64,000 nt of DNA, taken from an uncultured Verrucomicrobiae bacterium (GTDB lineage Bacteria > Verrucomicrobiota > Verrucomicrobiia > Chthoniobacterales > UBA10450). The stretch spans positions 96,001 to 160,000 of the forward strand of contig CAVYXA010000004.1 in assembly GCA_963772365.1 (NCBI GenBank), read 5' to 3'. Below, piece after piece: positions 49,302-59,836 of the stretch; within the stretch, counting starts at the first letter, position 1; every line of letters begins with the position of its first letter. Below the pieces are notes generated by a model. It was not told the origin of the DNA. It did no database searches and was given only the letters and a program-made list of their open reading frames with translations. The translations under genes were made by a program, and so were the position numbers.

Positions 49302-50261
49302 ATGAAGCGTATTCTCATCATTCGCGGCGGCGCCTTGGGAGATTTCATTCTGACGTTGCCCGCGCTAGAGGCGCTTCGAAATGCACACGCCCAGGCGCAT
49401 ATCGAGATACTTGGCTACAACCACATCATCTCACTCGCCGAAAATCGGAGGTACACACAAGCAATCCGTTCTATCGAATACGCTCCGATGTCGGCTTTTT
49501 TCGCTGCCAATTCCGAGCTGCCGGGAGAATTGACGAATTACTTTGCCAGCTTTGATCTGACGATCAGCTATCCTTACGACCCAGACCGAATCTTTGAGAA
49601 CAACCTGCGCCGATGCGGTGTAGCAAATTTCATCCGCGGCCCGGGCAAGATCGATCCACCAAAGGACGGATTCGCCGCGGCGAACAACTCCACACACGCT
49701 GCTCGGCAATTGGCCCGACCGATGGAAGAACTGGGAATTCCCGTCAACGATTTCGCGGCGCATATTTATCCGGCGGAAGAAGATCGGCAATTCGCCCGCG
49801 AGTTCTTGCGAGACTTGCCACGACCGATCCTTGCAATCCATCCCGGAAGCGGAAGTGAGAAGAAAAATTGGCCGATTGAAAATTGGATGGAGCTCGGCTC
49901 CGAGACGCCTTCTCTGGTCGTGATCTCGGGCGAAGCCGATGAACCTCAGCGGAGGCGACTGCAAAAGGAATGGCGCGATCGTCCCGTTCGGTTCGCGACC
50001 AACCTGCCTTTAACGCAGCTCGCCGGGATTCTCGAGCAATCGATTTTCATTGGGCATGACAGCGGCATTTCGCATCTGGCAGCCGCAACCGGAGCGCAGT
50101 GCCTTTTACTGTTCGGTCCAACTGATCCACTGATTTGGGCGCCTTTGAATGAAGGCGTCCAGCTCCTCTGCGCACCCAATGGCGATTTGCGCCTGCTGGA
50201 AGCCCAGGTTGTGCGCAGTGCCCTCGATCAGGCGCTGATGCGCATCGGCATTAGCACGTAA
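49302..50261 (+). CDS. GT9 (heptosyltransferase-like) glycosyltransferase
   Basis: GALGDFILTLP, HPGSGSEKKNWP, GHDSGISHLAAA, LFGPT. Confidence 0.92.
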   Translation: MKRILIIRGGALGDFILTLPALEALRNAHAQAHIEILGYNHIISLAENRRYTQAIRSIEYAPMSAFFAANSELPGELTNYFASFDLTISYPYDPDRIFENNLRRCGVANFIRGPGKIDPPKDGFAAANNSTHAARQLARPMEELGIPVNDFAAHIYPAEEDRQFAREFLRDLPRPILAIHPGSGSEKKNWPIENWMELGSETPSLVVISGEADEPQRRRLQKEWRDRPVRFATNLPLTQLAGILEQSIFIGHDSGISHLAAATGAQCLLLFGPTDPLIWAPLNEGVQLLCAPNGDLRLLEAQVVRSALDQALMRIGIST

Positions 50262-51325
50262 AGAAACGGCGTTTGGATTTTCAAAACGCCGGGACTCATT
50301 TCATCGATGAGATCGAGGAATACTTCGTCCTCGGTCAGCGCGCGCAGTGGCGCCATCAGGAATTCCGGATTGAAGGCAATGGAAAAATCGCGCCCTTTGT
50401 ATTGAACCGCGAGCGACTCCTTCGCTTCGCCGACCTCCGGTGTATTGGCCGTGATGTCGATGTTATTCTTGCTGAAGTTGAGCTTGATCGAATTTGATTT
50501 GTCGCTGGCCAGCAGCGAGACGCGTCGCAGAGAATTCAAAAATGTTTCACGTTCGAGAGTGATTCGCTCTTTGGCTTCGCTTGGAATCACCTGTTTGTAA
50601 TTCGGATAATTACCCTCGATTAATTTTGAGACCAGCAATGTCTTATTCAGATCGAACGCCACCTGGCCGCTGCTCACGCTCATCTTCACATCGGCATCGT
50701 CGGTCAAAAGGCGTTGCAGCTCGGTGACGGCTTTGGTTGGGACAATGATGTCGGTCTCATGACTGCGAGGGAATTCGAGCTCGATGTCGACCATCGCCAG
50801 CCGTCGGCCATCCGTCGCCACCAACGTAAGCTTGTTATCCTTGAAGCTGAACAGCACACCGTTCAGTACGTAGCGAGTCTCATCAGTCGAAATCGCATAG
50901 GAAGTCTTCCGTAAACCGTCGCGTAAATCCTTCTGCCGAATCGTGACTACCTTCGCATCATCAAATTTCGGCAGTGGTGGAAATTCCTCTTCGGGCAGGC
51001 CCAGAATTTTGAAGAAGCTCTGGCCGCTTCGAATGGAAGCGGTGTTTTTCCCATCGACATCGATCTGGATTTCGCTTGAGGGCAATTCGCGAATGATGTT
51101 GAAAAGGCGCCGGGCTGGGAGCGTGGTTGCGCCCGCCTTCTCAACTTGCGCTTCGCAGCTGCCCCGCACGCCCACGTCCAGATCCGTGGTGGTGAGATGG
51201 ACTTCGTCGCCGTTGGCTTGTAGCAGAACGTTCGAGAGAATCGGCAGAGTGGTTCGAGTGCTGACGACGTTTTGGACCTGTTGCAGACCTTCCAGGAGTT
51301 TTTCTTTTGTTACGCTTACTTTCAT
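50228..51325 (-). CDS. dnaN: DNA polymerase III beta clamp
   Basis: TLPILSNVLL, DETRYVLNG, ATDGRRL, YVLMPMR. Confidence 0.97.
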   Translation of the reverse strand: MKVSVTKEKLLEGLQQVQNVVSTRTTLPILSNVLLQANGDEVHLTTTDLDVGVRGSCEAQVEKAGATTLPARRLFNIIRELPSSEIQIDVDGKNTASIRSGQSFFKILGLPEEEFPPLPKFDDAKVVTIRQKDLRDGLRKTSYAISTDETRYVLNGVLFSFKDNKLTLVATDGRRLAMVDIELEFPRSHETDIIVPTKAVTELQRLLTDDADVKMSVSSGQVAFDLNKTLLVSKLIEGNYPNYKQVIPSEAKERITLERETFLNSLRRVSLLASDKSNSIKLNFSKNNIDITANTPEVGEAKESLAVQYKGRDFSIAFNPEFLMAPLRALTEDEVFLDLIDEMSPGVLKIQTPFLYVLMPMRISA

Positions 51326-51415
51326 GAGCTCTATAGGGCGCTTAAGATGTAAAGCTTCCGATTTTATTCGGCAACCGTAATCTCTGCCTCCGAACCGGCG
51401 GGCGATCCCCGGGCA

Positions 51416-52774
51416 TTAGCGGTGAAGCGCGCTGTCGATGAACGAAATTGTCTGGCGAATTTTGTCCTGCTCGCTCATCCGTTTCTTCACCAGCTTGCAG
51501 GCATGGAGGACGGTTCCATGGTCGCGTCCGCCGAAGGCCTCTCCGATTTCGTTCAAGGATGACTTGGTCAGTTCGCGTGCGAGATACATCGCCACTTGCC
51601 GAGGAAAGGCAATGTTGGCCGGGCGACGCTTGCTGGTCATGTCGGCCAGGCGCACATCGAAATGTTCTGCCACTCGCTTCTGAATCTGTTCGATCGTGAT
51701 CGATTGTTTCCCTTCTTCCTGCAGAATATCTTTCAATAGGTGCTCGATCACTTCCTGCGTGAGAGCTTTGCCGCTCAATGATGCGAAGGACGCGACCCGC
51801 ATCAGCGCGCCTTCGAGCCTGCGCACGTTGGTGCGAATTCGATTGGCCAGAAATTCGAAGACTGCGTCATCGAGCTTGATCCCGAGAATGATCGCTTTCT
51901 TGCGCAAAATGGCCATCCGAGTCTCGATTTCGGGCGGCTGAAGTTCAGCCGTCAGGCCCCATTCGAATCGTGAAACCAGCCGGTGCTCCAGATTTGCGAT
52001 CTCGGAAGCCGGCCGATCACTGGATAGCACGATCTGTTTGTGGCCGTCAAAAAGCGTGTTGAAAGTGTGAAAGAATTCTTCCTGTGACCGTTCCTTGCCG
52101 GCGAGGAACTGAATATCGTCGATCAACAGGAGATCGGCCTGTCGATAGCGCTTCCGGAATTTAACCAAGGTGCTGTGCTGGATCGCATCGATGAATTCGT
52201 TGATGAACAGTTCGCTCGAGAGATAGATGACTTTTGTGTTTTTCTTTTTTGCCCAAACATGCTGGCCGATCGCCTGCATCAAATGCGTTTTGCCCAAACC
52301 AACTCCGCCATAAATGAAAAGCGGATTGTAGGTCCTGGCCGGCGACTGGGCGACCGCCAGCGCCGCCGAATGAGCGTACTCATTGTTCGGACCGACGACG
52401 AATGATTCGAACGTGTTGCGCGGGTTCAGTGCCAGCCCGCTGCTACTGCTTTTGTTCTCGCGCGACAAATTCGGCATCTCTTTCAACACCGCTACGTCCT
52501 CCGGCGCGATCTGTGCCGCCGTGCCCGCCGGCAATGAAAACTTTACGTCGCGCGGGCCGCCGAATGCCTCAATAATCGCCGTTTGTAATGCTGTCATGTG
52601 GTTGCTTTCGATCCAGAACTGATAAATATTGTTAGGCACGCGAAATGTGAGCGCGCGATCGCTCACCTCAATCAGTTCCACGGCGGAAAACCAGCGCTTG
52701 AAAGTATCCGGGCTCACGTGTGGTCGAAGCGCGTCTGCCAATTTCTGCCAGATCTCGGTACAGGTCTCTTTCAT
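51416..52774 (-). CDS. dnaA: Chromosomal replication initiator
   Basis: YNPLFIYGGVGLGKTHL, LLIDDIQF, RFEWGL, GGRDHGTVLHA. Confidence 0.98.
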   Translation of the reverse strand: MKETCTEIWQKLADALRPHVSPDTFKRWFSAVELIEVSDRALTFRVPNNIYQFWIESNHMTALQTAIIEAFGGPRDVKFSLPAGTAAQIAPEDVAVLKEMPNLSRENKSSSSGLALNPRNTFESFVVGPNNEYAHSAALAVAQSPARTYNPLFIYGGVGLGKTHLMQAIGQHVWAKKKNTKVIYLSSELFINEFIDAIQHSTLVKFRKRYRQADLLLIDDIQFLAGKERSQEEFFHTFNTLFDGHKQIVLSSDRPASEIANLEHRLVSRFEWGLTAELQPPEIETRMAILRKKAIILGIKLDDAVFEFLANRIRTNVRRLEGALMRVASFASLSGKALTQEVIEHLLKDILQEEGKQSITIEQIQKRVAEHFDVRLADMTSKRRPANIAFPRQVAMYLARELTKSSLNEIGEAFGGRDHGTVLHACKLVKKRMSEQDKIRQTISFIDSALHR

Positions 52775-53200
52775 CAAAACTTGTTAACAGCGTTACACAA
52801 TTGCCACATTGGCGATTCGCCTGGAAATTCGCCGGGCAAATCCTCGGTTTTGCCGGAGAATTTTGCCATCGCTCGTCGAGAAAGCGGAGAGAAAACTCGC
52901 CGCAAATGTCAAAATACGAGGGAAAAACGCGTTTTCCACGGACAAAGCACGCATCGAAGATGCGGCGAGGGAGAGGTCCATCAATGTTCCGGGTTGGTTA
53001 GGCGAGGGTTGATTCATTCTCTGGCGCGAAATTTATCAAAATCTGTTCACATGTTATTCACATCGGCTTTCCTCCCGCCCTGCCAGCGGGCTTGAGATTA
53101 GAAATCCGAGTTCACTTCGACAAGAAAAAAATCGGAATTTATTTTTTTCTGTCGTCAAAAAAATTCTTGACTGAAAAATCAATTCGGCAATCGCCCAAGG
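52775..53200. other. Candidate oriC / dnaA promoter region
   Basis: TTATTCACA at 53054, TTTTCCACG at 52932 and several degenerate boxes; AT-rich tract 53123-53182. Confidence 0.6.
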
Positions 53201-53419
53201 CGAGAAAATTTTCGCCGCGCAGCGACCTGGGAAATCTCGCAGCAGTTATTAATGAGAAACGCTCAATCCTTGACCGATTCGGGCGAGGAGCGCACTTTTT
53301 GAGCCTTTGCGACATGCATCCTGCTCTGTCTGCAAACGGAAAATGAACTGCCAGCGCCAACAATTGTCAGAATCGCGGAATGAGCGTGCAGCTATTTTGG
53401 CTTGGAGCGCTTACTGATC

Positions 53420-53938
53420 ATGCGTTGTCTTGCTCTTTTCGGATTCGCCTTTCTTCTGTCGGCGCTGTCGGTCTCGGCGGCGGATGAACTGCTGCCACCG
53501 TTCGGTTTTCGATGGAACGATTCCATGTCGCGCGTGGAAGCTGTCCTGAAGGGCGCAAGAGCAAAGATTGTGGCGCGCGAGAAAAAAGAAGGACGCGACG
53601 TCTGGACGGTAGAAGGTCTGGTCCACCCGGGATTGAAGCGGACTAAGTTCACGTTCAAGGACCGCGGTCTCTACGGTGTGGAACTCCTCTACGAATATGA
53701 TCGTCCCATCGAATGGTACAACCAACGTATGGCAGAAATCCGGAAATATTTCGAAGAAAAATACGGCACCGGAAAACTGGTTTCGCGTTCGCGGGACACC
53801 GATACCGATGTCATTCAAACCCTGGTCGGTTATCAATGGATGGTCGGGGCGACGATGCTCGAACTTTTCTATTTTTCCGCCGAGCAAGGTACCGACCACG
53901 TCTATCGCGCGATCTCCGTCGATTACAAGGCGCTCTGA
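53420..53938 (+). CDS. Hypothetical exported protein
   Basis: Signal peptide MRCLALFGFAFLLSALSVSA; PPFGFRW. Confidence 0.75.
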   Translation: MRCLALFGFAFLLSALSVSAADELLPPFGFRWNDSMSRVEAVLKGARAKIVAREKKEGRDVWTVEGLVHPGLKRTKFTFKDRGLYGVELLYEYDRPIEWYNQRMAEIRKYFEEKYGTGKLVSRSRDTDTDVIQTLVGYQWMVGATMLELFYFSAEQGTDHVYRAISVDYKAL

Positions 53939-53997
53939 CCTAAATCAGCCTGCGTCGATCCTCGGCTGACCGGAAGTCTACCGGCCACAGCCGATGC

Positions 53998-54606
53998 TTA
54001 GAGTGTCCTTTCGGTGACTGCCGGCTCGAGGTCACGAGGCCGGAGTTTGTGTCCACGCTGCGTTTGCTTTTGCAGTCGTTTGAGCCGGCTGGATAACGCC
54101 GCTTTTGCGGCGGAGCTCATCCGATCGATGAACAAAATCCCGTTGAGATGATCGACTTCGTGTTGGATCGCGCGCGCCAATAAACCGCTCGCTTCGATCT
54201 GCACTTTTTCTCCATCTGCGGTTTCGGCTCGCACCACGACCGAATGCGCCCGCTCGATCTCGCCAGTAATCTCCGGAAAACTTAGACAACCTTCCACACC
54301 GATTTCCGTCTCAGCGCCGAGCGCGATTTCCGGATTGATCAAAACGATCGGCATCGCGGTCCTCGGATCGATATGCGCGCCATTCAGTTTCATTGTGCTT
54401 GGCCGATCTTCGACTTGCGAGATATCCAGGACGGTGAGTTGAAGAGGCTGGCCGATTTGTTGTGCAGCCAAGCCGACCCCGTTCGCAGCCTGCATGGTCT
54501 CGATCATGTTTCGGGCCAGCTCGCGAATGTGATTGTCGATCTCCTCCACGCGCTTTCCTTTTGCCCGCAGGACCGGATCCCCATATTGGACGATCGACAA
54601 TTTCAT
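53998..54606 (-). CDS. def: Peptide deformylase
   Basis: GVGLAAQQIG, EGCLS, QHEVDHLNG. Confidence 0.96.
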   Translation of the reverse strand: MKLSIVQYGDPVLRAKGKRVEEIDNHIRELARNMIETMQAANGVGLAAQQIGQPLQLTVLDISQVEDRPSTMKLNGAHIDPRTAMPIVLINPEIALGAETEIGVEGCLSFPEITGEIERAHSVVVRAETADGEKVQIEASGLLARAIQHEVDHLNGILFIDRMSSAAKAALSSRLKRLQKQTQRGHKLRPRDLEPAVTERTL

Positions 54607-55013
54607 TTCTCGATCGTGTTCGTGAAAGCCGGCAGGTTTTTCACCCCGGCGAGTTTCAAAGCATCCATCACTTTAATAATCGTTCCGAACGACGCCTTTT
54701 TGTCGGCTTGCAAAGCCAGGGCCGATTTGCGTTCTGCCGGTAGATCGCGCACAGCCGCTTCCAGTTCGTCCGCTGCGAGGCTGCGACCATCCAGTTTAAT
54801 GTTGTCATTTTCGTCCACGCTCACGATGGCATGTTCGAGCTCGGCTGGCACTTTGCTCGCGGTTTTCGATTCCGGCAGATTAATTTTCACCTCCGGTTGA
54901 TCTTTTTTAAAAGTCGTCGTGACCACAAAAAAGATCAGCAGAATCGTCAGGATATCCACCAGCGAAACGATGATGATCGCTGGCGCCCGCCGCTTTCTAA
55001 CAGCGAATTTCAT
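54603..55013 (-). CDS. exbD: ExbD/TolR biopolymer transport protein
   Basis: SLVDILTILLIFFVVT, LQADK. Confidence 0.88.
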   Translation of the reverse strand: MKFAVRKRRAPAIIIVSLVDILTILLIFFVVTTTFKKDQPEVKINLPESKTASKVPAELEHAIVSVDENDNIKLDGRSLAADELEAAVRDLPAERKSALALQADKKASFGTIIKVMDALKLAGVKNLPAFTNTIEK

Positions 55014-55045
55014 AGTGCGATTTCATTACTGCAGAAATGCCATCG

Positions 55046-55126
55046 CCCTCACTGGCGCTACGCGCCCGTCTCTCCCAACGGGAGAGAATTCCTTCTCCCC
55101 GTTGGGGAGAAGGCGAGGATGAGGGG
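55046..55126. repeat. CCCTCA/CTCTCCC-GGGAGAG palindromic repeat between exbB and exbD
   Basis: Tandem hairpins tctctccc aac gggagaga and ccttctcccc gtt ggggagaagg. Confidence 0.75.
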
Positions 55127-55155
55127 AGATGAAACACATCGCGCGGTAGTTTCTG

Positions 55156-55860
55156 TCACGCGACCTGCGCCGGCTCCGATACCGTTGGCTTGGCCGCCGG
55201 CGGTAACGGCTGCCCGGCGACTCGTCCGTAATAACACTTGGCGATCAAATCGGCCACCAACGATTCCATTTCCACCGACATCGCTTCGACCTTTTTTGAG
55301 AAATAACTGAACGCGATCAAGCTCGGCACAGCGATCGATAATCCGAAGATCGTCGTGTTCAGCGCCTCAGAAATTCCGAGAGCAATTCCCTGCGTCTCGG
55401 ACGCACCAGCGCTCAATCCGAGGTGAGAAAAGACGTGCACCAGACCGGAAACGGTTCCAATCAGACCCAAAAGCGGCGCAATCCCCGTGATCACTTCCAG
55501 CATGACCAGGCCGCGTTCCAAGCGCACCATTTCCTGTCGGGCTCGTGTTTGCACCGCTTCAATATTCTCCGAGCGCGGCCAGCGCAGATGTCGCAATGCT
55601 ACCCGAGCAATCCGTCCCAGGGCGGAGGGATCGTGATGCACGATACGACCCAATCGCTCCGGGCTTCCGCCGGGAACGAGCCGCTCGATCTCGCTCACGA
55701 TCGTGGGCGGCAGCACGATCTTTTCGCGCAGCGCGATCACTCGCAGGATGATTGTCGTCACCGAAGCAATAGAACAGATCAGCAACGGCCACATAAAGAG
55801 GCCGCCTTTGGCAAAAAAACCGGTCATGGTCTGCATTGTTTCCGACATCTCCGCGATCAT
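55156..55860 (-). CDS. exbB: MotA/TolQ/ExbB proton channel protein
   Basis: APLLGLIGTVSG, GISEALNTT. Confidence 0.9.
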   Translation of the reverse strand: MIAEMSETMQTMTGFFAKGGLFMWPLLICSIASVTTIILRVIALREKIVLPPTIVSEIERLVPGGSPERLGRIVHHDPSALGRIARVALRHLRWPRSENIEAVQTRARQEMVRLERGLVMLEVITGIAPLLGLIGTVSGLVHVFSHLGLSAGASETQGIALGISEALNTTIFGLSIAVPSLIAFSYFSKKVEAMSVEMESLVADLIAKCYYGRVAGQPLPPAAKPTVSEPAQVA

Positions 55861-55875
55861 TGAGGGCAAAATCGT

Positions 55876-56844
55876 TTAGTTAGCAAATATGGTGAAGGGA
55901 ATTTCCTGTTCCAGCCCTTCCGGTGGCAGGGTTGCAGCCAAATCGTCCGACATCGGCGGCAACTGAGCTTCTTGGACAGATTGAATGCAAAAGTTGGCGA
56001 ACAATTCGTTAGAAGTATTTTCAACTACCTTCAGGTTCTTTACGCGACCATTTCGGTCAATCCAAAAAACCAGACGAACATTACCGATGCCGAAGAGGTC
56101 AAGCTGCTTCTCGATGGATGCATACCAACGCGACCCGATCGCTTCTAAAACATATTTTTGGTAACGCCCCAATGGCGTTCCCAAAGCACGGACGGAAGAG
56201 ATGCCGCGATTCGTAATCGAGCCGGCCAAGCGCGTCCGTTGTTCCTGAGCGCGGTATGACGACTTGGGTGGTTGTTCCTTTGCAGGCGTTGGCTTTGTCA
56301 CGGGTGGCGGAGTCGGCGTTCTGGTCAGAAAAGCCAGTTCATCCGGCGCAGGGGTTGCAGTGGGTGCTTGTGAAGGCTGTGACGTTTCCTGGGTCGCAGC
56401 GCTCGGCTGCGGCTGAGCGCCCTGAACTGCCAACGAATATTGGTGCGTCTCAAGATCGACATATGGCCGATCCTTCCCTTCTTGGGTGGGAATCGGTGCG
56501 GTGCCAGCCGCCGGAAGCTCGCTCGCCCCGGTGGAATTCGCATTCGATTCAAAAGCGGCGTCTGTCGGCGGAGGTTCCTTCTTGGATTCGTCCGTCTCCA
56601 TGAACATCGAATTTTTCGGGACCGTCGGCGCGGGCGTGGCAAGATCGACAAAAGTCAGCTCGATTGGCTTTTGCTCGGTTACGAATGCGGGCGATATCAA
56701 GCCGCTCCAGGCTGCCAGCGAATAGGCAACCGCCAAATGCAGAAAAAGCGCGGCCAGAAAGGCCAGAAGAACCTTGCGCTTCTCCGTTTTCCCTTCCGCC
56801 GCTTCCTCTGCGGAATAATCGAGGATGAATTCCGCCGTGGTCAT
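55876..56844 (-). CDS. TonB/TolA-like energy transducer
   Basis: N-terminal TM with His (ALFLHL), Pro-rich linker, C-terminal FWIDRNGRV; upstream of exbBD. Confidence 0.8.
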   Translation of the reverse strand: MTTAEFILDYSAEEAAEGKTEKRKVLLAFLAALFLHLAVAYSLAAWSGLISPAFVTEQKPIELTFVDLATPAPTVPKNSMFMETDESKKEPPPTDAAFESNANSTGASELPAAGTAPIPTQEGKDRPYVDLETHQYSLAVQGAQPQPSAATQETSQPSQAPTATPAPDELAFLTRTPTPPPVTKPTPAKEQPPKSSYRAQEQRTRLAGSITNRGISSVRALGTPLGRYQKYVLEAIGSRWYASIEKQLDLFGIGNVRLVFWIDRNGRVKNLKVVENTSNELFANFCIQSVQEAQLPPMSDDLAATLPPEGLEQEIPFTIFAN

Positions 56845-56910
56845 TGAAATCAGAGGCTCAACCTTATCTCACGCCTTCTCCCCTGACAAATGAGCCACAT
56901 GAACAAGTTT

Positions 56911-56992
56911 GTCATGTCGAGCGAAGTCGAGACATCCCGTGGAGGTGCCGATGGGTAATGCTACGGGGTTCCTCGACTTCGCTCGGAATGAC
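56911..56992. repeat. GTCAT..CGAGCGAAGTCGA palindromic repeat; second copy at 63808-63890
   Basis: gtcatgtcgagcgaagtcgag ... ctcgacttcgctcggaatgac. Confidence 0.85.
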
Positions 56993-57856
56993 GTGCCTTT
57001 TCCTCATGCGAGCGTGATGAAACAAATACTGCTGCGCGTAACCGCCATGTTCGCCGAAATATTCTTCTGTGAACGTCCGTAGTCTCGCTGCGTTCAATTT
57101 CCGGACGCGCGGAAAGTAATTTTCCCGCAGGACCCGCTCGATCCAAACATCGACTGGGAACGCGCGAAGGCGTTCGTAGGCAAAGAGCATCACACAATTA
57201 GCAACCTTCGGGCCCACTCCGGGGAGCTGGCAAAGCGCAGCGCGAAGATCGATATCAGAAAGGTCCGACATTTGTTCAAGATCCACGTCGCCCCTGGCGA
57301 TCAGCCGGGCTGTGGCCAAAAGGTTTTTCGCCCGGTAACCGAGCCGGCATCTGAGCAGCTCCTTTTCTGATGCGTCTGCGATTCTCGCAATGGTCGGAAA
57401 GATATGGATAAGATGACTGTCGATCCTAAGCCTCTTACCGAAACGCGTCCGCAACGCCTTTGAGATCTGCCGGATATGCGCGACCTGTTTCATCGAGGAA
57501 CAGATGAACGTTGCCAGACATTCCCATTTCGGCTGACGAATGATGCGAAGCCCGCGGCAATACTCGCGCGCCTCATCCATTGCCGGATCACGCGGAAACG
57601 AAGCGCAAATTTCCGCCAACGGATGATCGAGCGCGAAGTAATGCATGATCGTGGCATGCGCATCTTTGTCTAAACAGCGGCTGGAAACCGACGCCACTCT
57701 CACTCGCAAAATTTCTCCGGTTTGTTCTATGTAAACAGCTTGATCGCCGATCGTTCCCACGAATCCATTCTCAAATTTCTCCCAGTGAAAGACCTGCCCG
57801 GAATCGAGCGTCTTAGCGAGACCGAACTCGGGCGCGTGGATTTCCGTGAGCTTCAT
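56912..57856 (-). CDS. 8-oxoguanine DNA glycosylase (Ogg1-like, HhH-GPD)
   Basis: TLDSGQVFHW, LGYRAK, LPGVGPKVANC, FPVDVW, GYAQQYLF. Confidence 0.92.
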   Translation of the reverse strand: MKLTEIHAPEFGLAKTLDSGQVFHWEKFENGFVGTIGDQAVYIEQTGEILRVRVASVSSRCLDKDAHATIMHYFALDHPLAEICASFPRDPAMDEAREYCRGLRIIRQPKWECLATFICSSMKQVAHIRQISKALRTRFGKRLRIDSHLIHIFPTIARIADASEKELLRCRLGYRAKNLLATARLIARGDVDLEQMSDLSDIDLRAALCQLPGVGPKVANCVMLFAYERLRAFPVDVWIERVLRENYFPRVRKLNAARLRTFTEEYFGEHGGYAQQYLFHHARMRKRHVIPSEVEEPRSITHRHLHGMSRLRST

Positions 57857-57861
57857 TTTTC

Positions 57862-57930
57862 GCCACAGATTAACACGGATGAAACACAGATGATTTCATT
57901 TATCCGTGTAAATCCGTGTTTATCTGTGGC
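57862..57930. repeat. ACACGGAT-unit palindromic repeat
   Basis: gccacagattaacacggat ... atccgtgtttatctgtggc. Confidence 0.8.
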
Positions 57931-57945
57931 TAAGTAGCCGCCGAC

Positions 57946-59607
57946 ATGGACGCACGCCTGGCAATCGACACCGTTGTTTTGCTCGCGTACTTCATCGGGA
58001 TTGTCGTGCTTGGACTCTGGGCGGGGCGGCGCAATCGCAACCTGGAAGACTTCTCGTTAGGCTCGCGCTCGATTCCATGGTGGGCGGTGCTCGCATCCAT
58101 CATCGCCGCTGAGACAAGCGCGGCCACCTTTCTCGGCACCCCCGCTGAGGGATTTAAGACGCGCGGCTATTTTTATGGACAGCTCGCCATAGGTACCGTC
58201 CTCGCGCGGGTCATCATCGCGTACACGTTTATCAAACCGTACTACGATTATCGCGTGCAAAGCGTTTACGAATTTTTGACTGTCCGTTTTGGCACAAAAA
58301 CAAAAAATATGGCCAGCGGGGTTTTTCTATTTACGCGGGTGCTCGGGATTGGCGTGCGCCTTTATCTCGGCGGCGCCATCATGGTGGTAATCTGGCGTTA
58401 TCTCTTTCCGTCGCTGCCGGTAAATCTTAACACCTACATCTGGGGAATTCTTTTTGTCACCATCATCACGGTCGTCTACACGGCCGTCGGTGGAATCAAA
58501 GCCGTGGTCTGGACCGATCTCATCCAAGCGGTGCTGATGTTCAGCTCAGTGATCTTCGCGATTTTCTTGCTGCTGCGGCACATCCCCGGCGGGTTCGAGA
58601 CGGTGAAGACAAATCTCGGCGGCTGGTCAAACGTGAAACTTTTCCAAACTGGCTGGGATTCGCAATTGCCTTTTGGCCCGGCATTGAAAGCGATGTTGGA
58701 AGAGCCCTACACAGTCTTCGCTGCGTTCATTGGATCGACGCTGTTGACGATGGCGACGCATGGCACCGATCAGGACATGGTTCAGCGAATGTTGACCGCG
58801 CCCGATCATCACAAATCGCGATTGTCGCTCATTCTCAGCGGCATCATGGACCTCCCGATCGCGGGCGCTTTTCTGACCGTCGGCATTTTGCTTTCGGTTT
58901 ATTATGCGGTAGTTCCCGGAACGACATTGCCCGCGGCCGACAACGAGATTTTTGGCCATTACATTATTCACGAAATGCCCGTGGTGTTTCGTGGCCTTAT
59001 CATTGCCGGCGTTTTCGCGACGATGATGGGCTCCACCTCGGCCGCGCTCAACGCGCTCGCGACCAGTTTCACCAAAGATTTCTATCTGCCCTATATTCGT
59101 CCCGGCGCGACTGATCGTCAGGCCATTCGCGCTGCACGCATCGCGACCGCGATCTTCGGTGTTCTCATGATCATTGTTGCAACAATGGCGGCGAACGCTG
59201 TGCTGCAGGATGCAAAACTCACGATTATTCCGATCGCGATTGGAATTCTCGGCTACACTTACGGTGCTCTAGTCGGCGTCTTCCTTTTGGGGATGCTAAC
59301 GCGCAATCGCGGACGCGACGGTGCGAACGTCGTCGCAATGATCGTTGGCATCATGTCAGTGCTTGTGCTGTGCAAAGTCTCGATTCCAGCATTCGATTTC
59401 GTTGCATTACTGCACGGCAAACCCGTCGCGGCGTCGTGGAATTTCGGTTGGTTCATGCCCGAGTGGTGGCCGAAAATTTCTTGGCCATGGTTCGTATTTG
59501 TCGGTTGCACGGTCACGCTCGGGATAGCGGTGCTTTTCCGCACGCCCGCGTCCCAGATCGCGACCGCCAAAGCGCACGTCACCGCGGCTACTTCTTCACC
59601 CCGCTAA
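57946..59607 (+). CDS. Sodium:solute symporter family protein
   Basis: AAETSAATFLG, GGIKAVVWTD, GTDQDMVQR. Confidence 0.93.
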   Translation: MDARLAIDTVVLLAYFIGIVVLGLWAGRRNRNLEDFSLGSRSIPWWAVLASIIAAETSAATFLGTPAEGFKTRGYFYGQLAIGTVLARVIIAYTFIKPYYDYRVQSVYEFLTVRFGTKTKNMASGVFLFTRVLGIGVRLYLGGAIMVVIWRYLFPSLPVNLNTYIWGILFVTIITVVYTAVGGIKAVVWTDLIQAVLMFSSVIFAIFLLLRHIPGGFETVKTNLGGWSNVKLFQTGWDSQLPFGPALKAMLEEPYTVFAAFIGSTLLTMATHGTDQDMVQRMLTAPDHHKSRLSLILSGIMDLPIAGAFLTVGILLSVYYAVVPGTTLPAADNEIFGHYIIHEMPVVFRGLIIAGVFATMMGSTSAALNALATSFTKDFYLPYIRPGATDRQAIRAARIATAIFGVLMIIVATMAANAVLQDAKLTIIPIAIGILGYTYGALVGVFLLGMLTRNRGRDGANVVAMIVGIMSVLVLCKVSIPAFDFVALLHGKPVAASWNFGWFMPEWWPKISWPWFVFVGCTVTLGIAVLFRTPASQIATAKAHVTAATSSPR

Positions 59608-59836
59608 TTTGATTTCCAACTCGCACAACTACCGGTCATGGAATTCCCTGGTGGATTTGCGTCGGCACGATCGTCACTTTTTTGGTGGCGATCCTTTTCC
59701 GGACCGGCCCGCGAACACCATCCGCCGCGAGCTCAATAGCGATATTTTTGAGACATGGATTGACCGGACGGTTATCGCTGATTTAATCGAGGTCAGCAGC
59801 GATCATCTCACGTAATCCTCAAACTCCTGAAATCCT

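Noticed and set aside
50543..50558. Second parS site in dnaN (tgtttcacgttcgaga)
   Set aside because: Only a half-site matches
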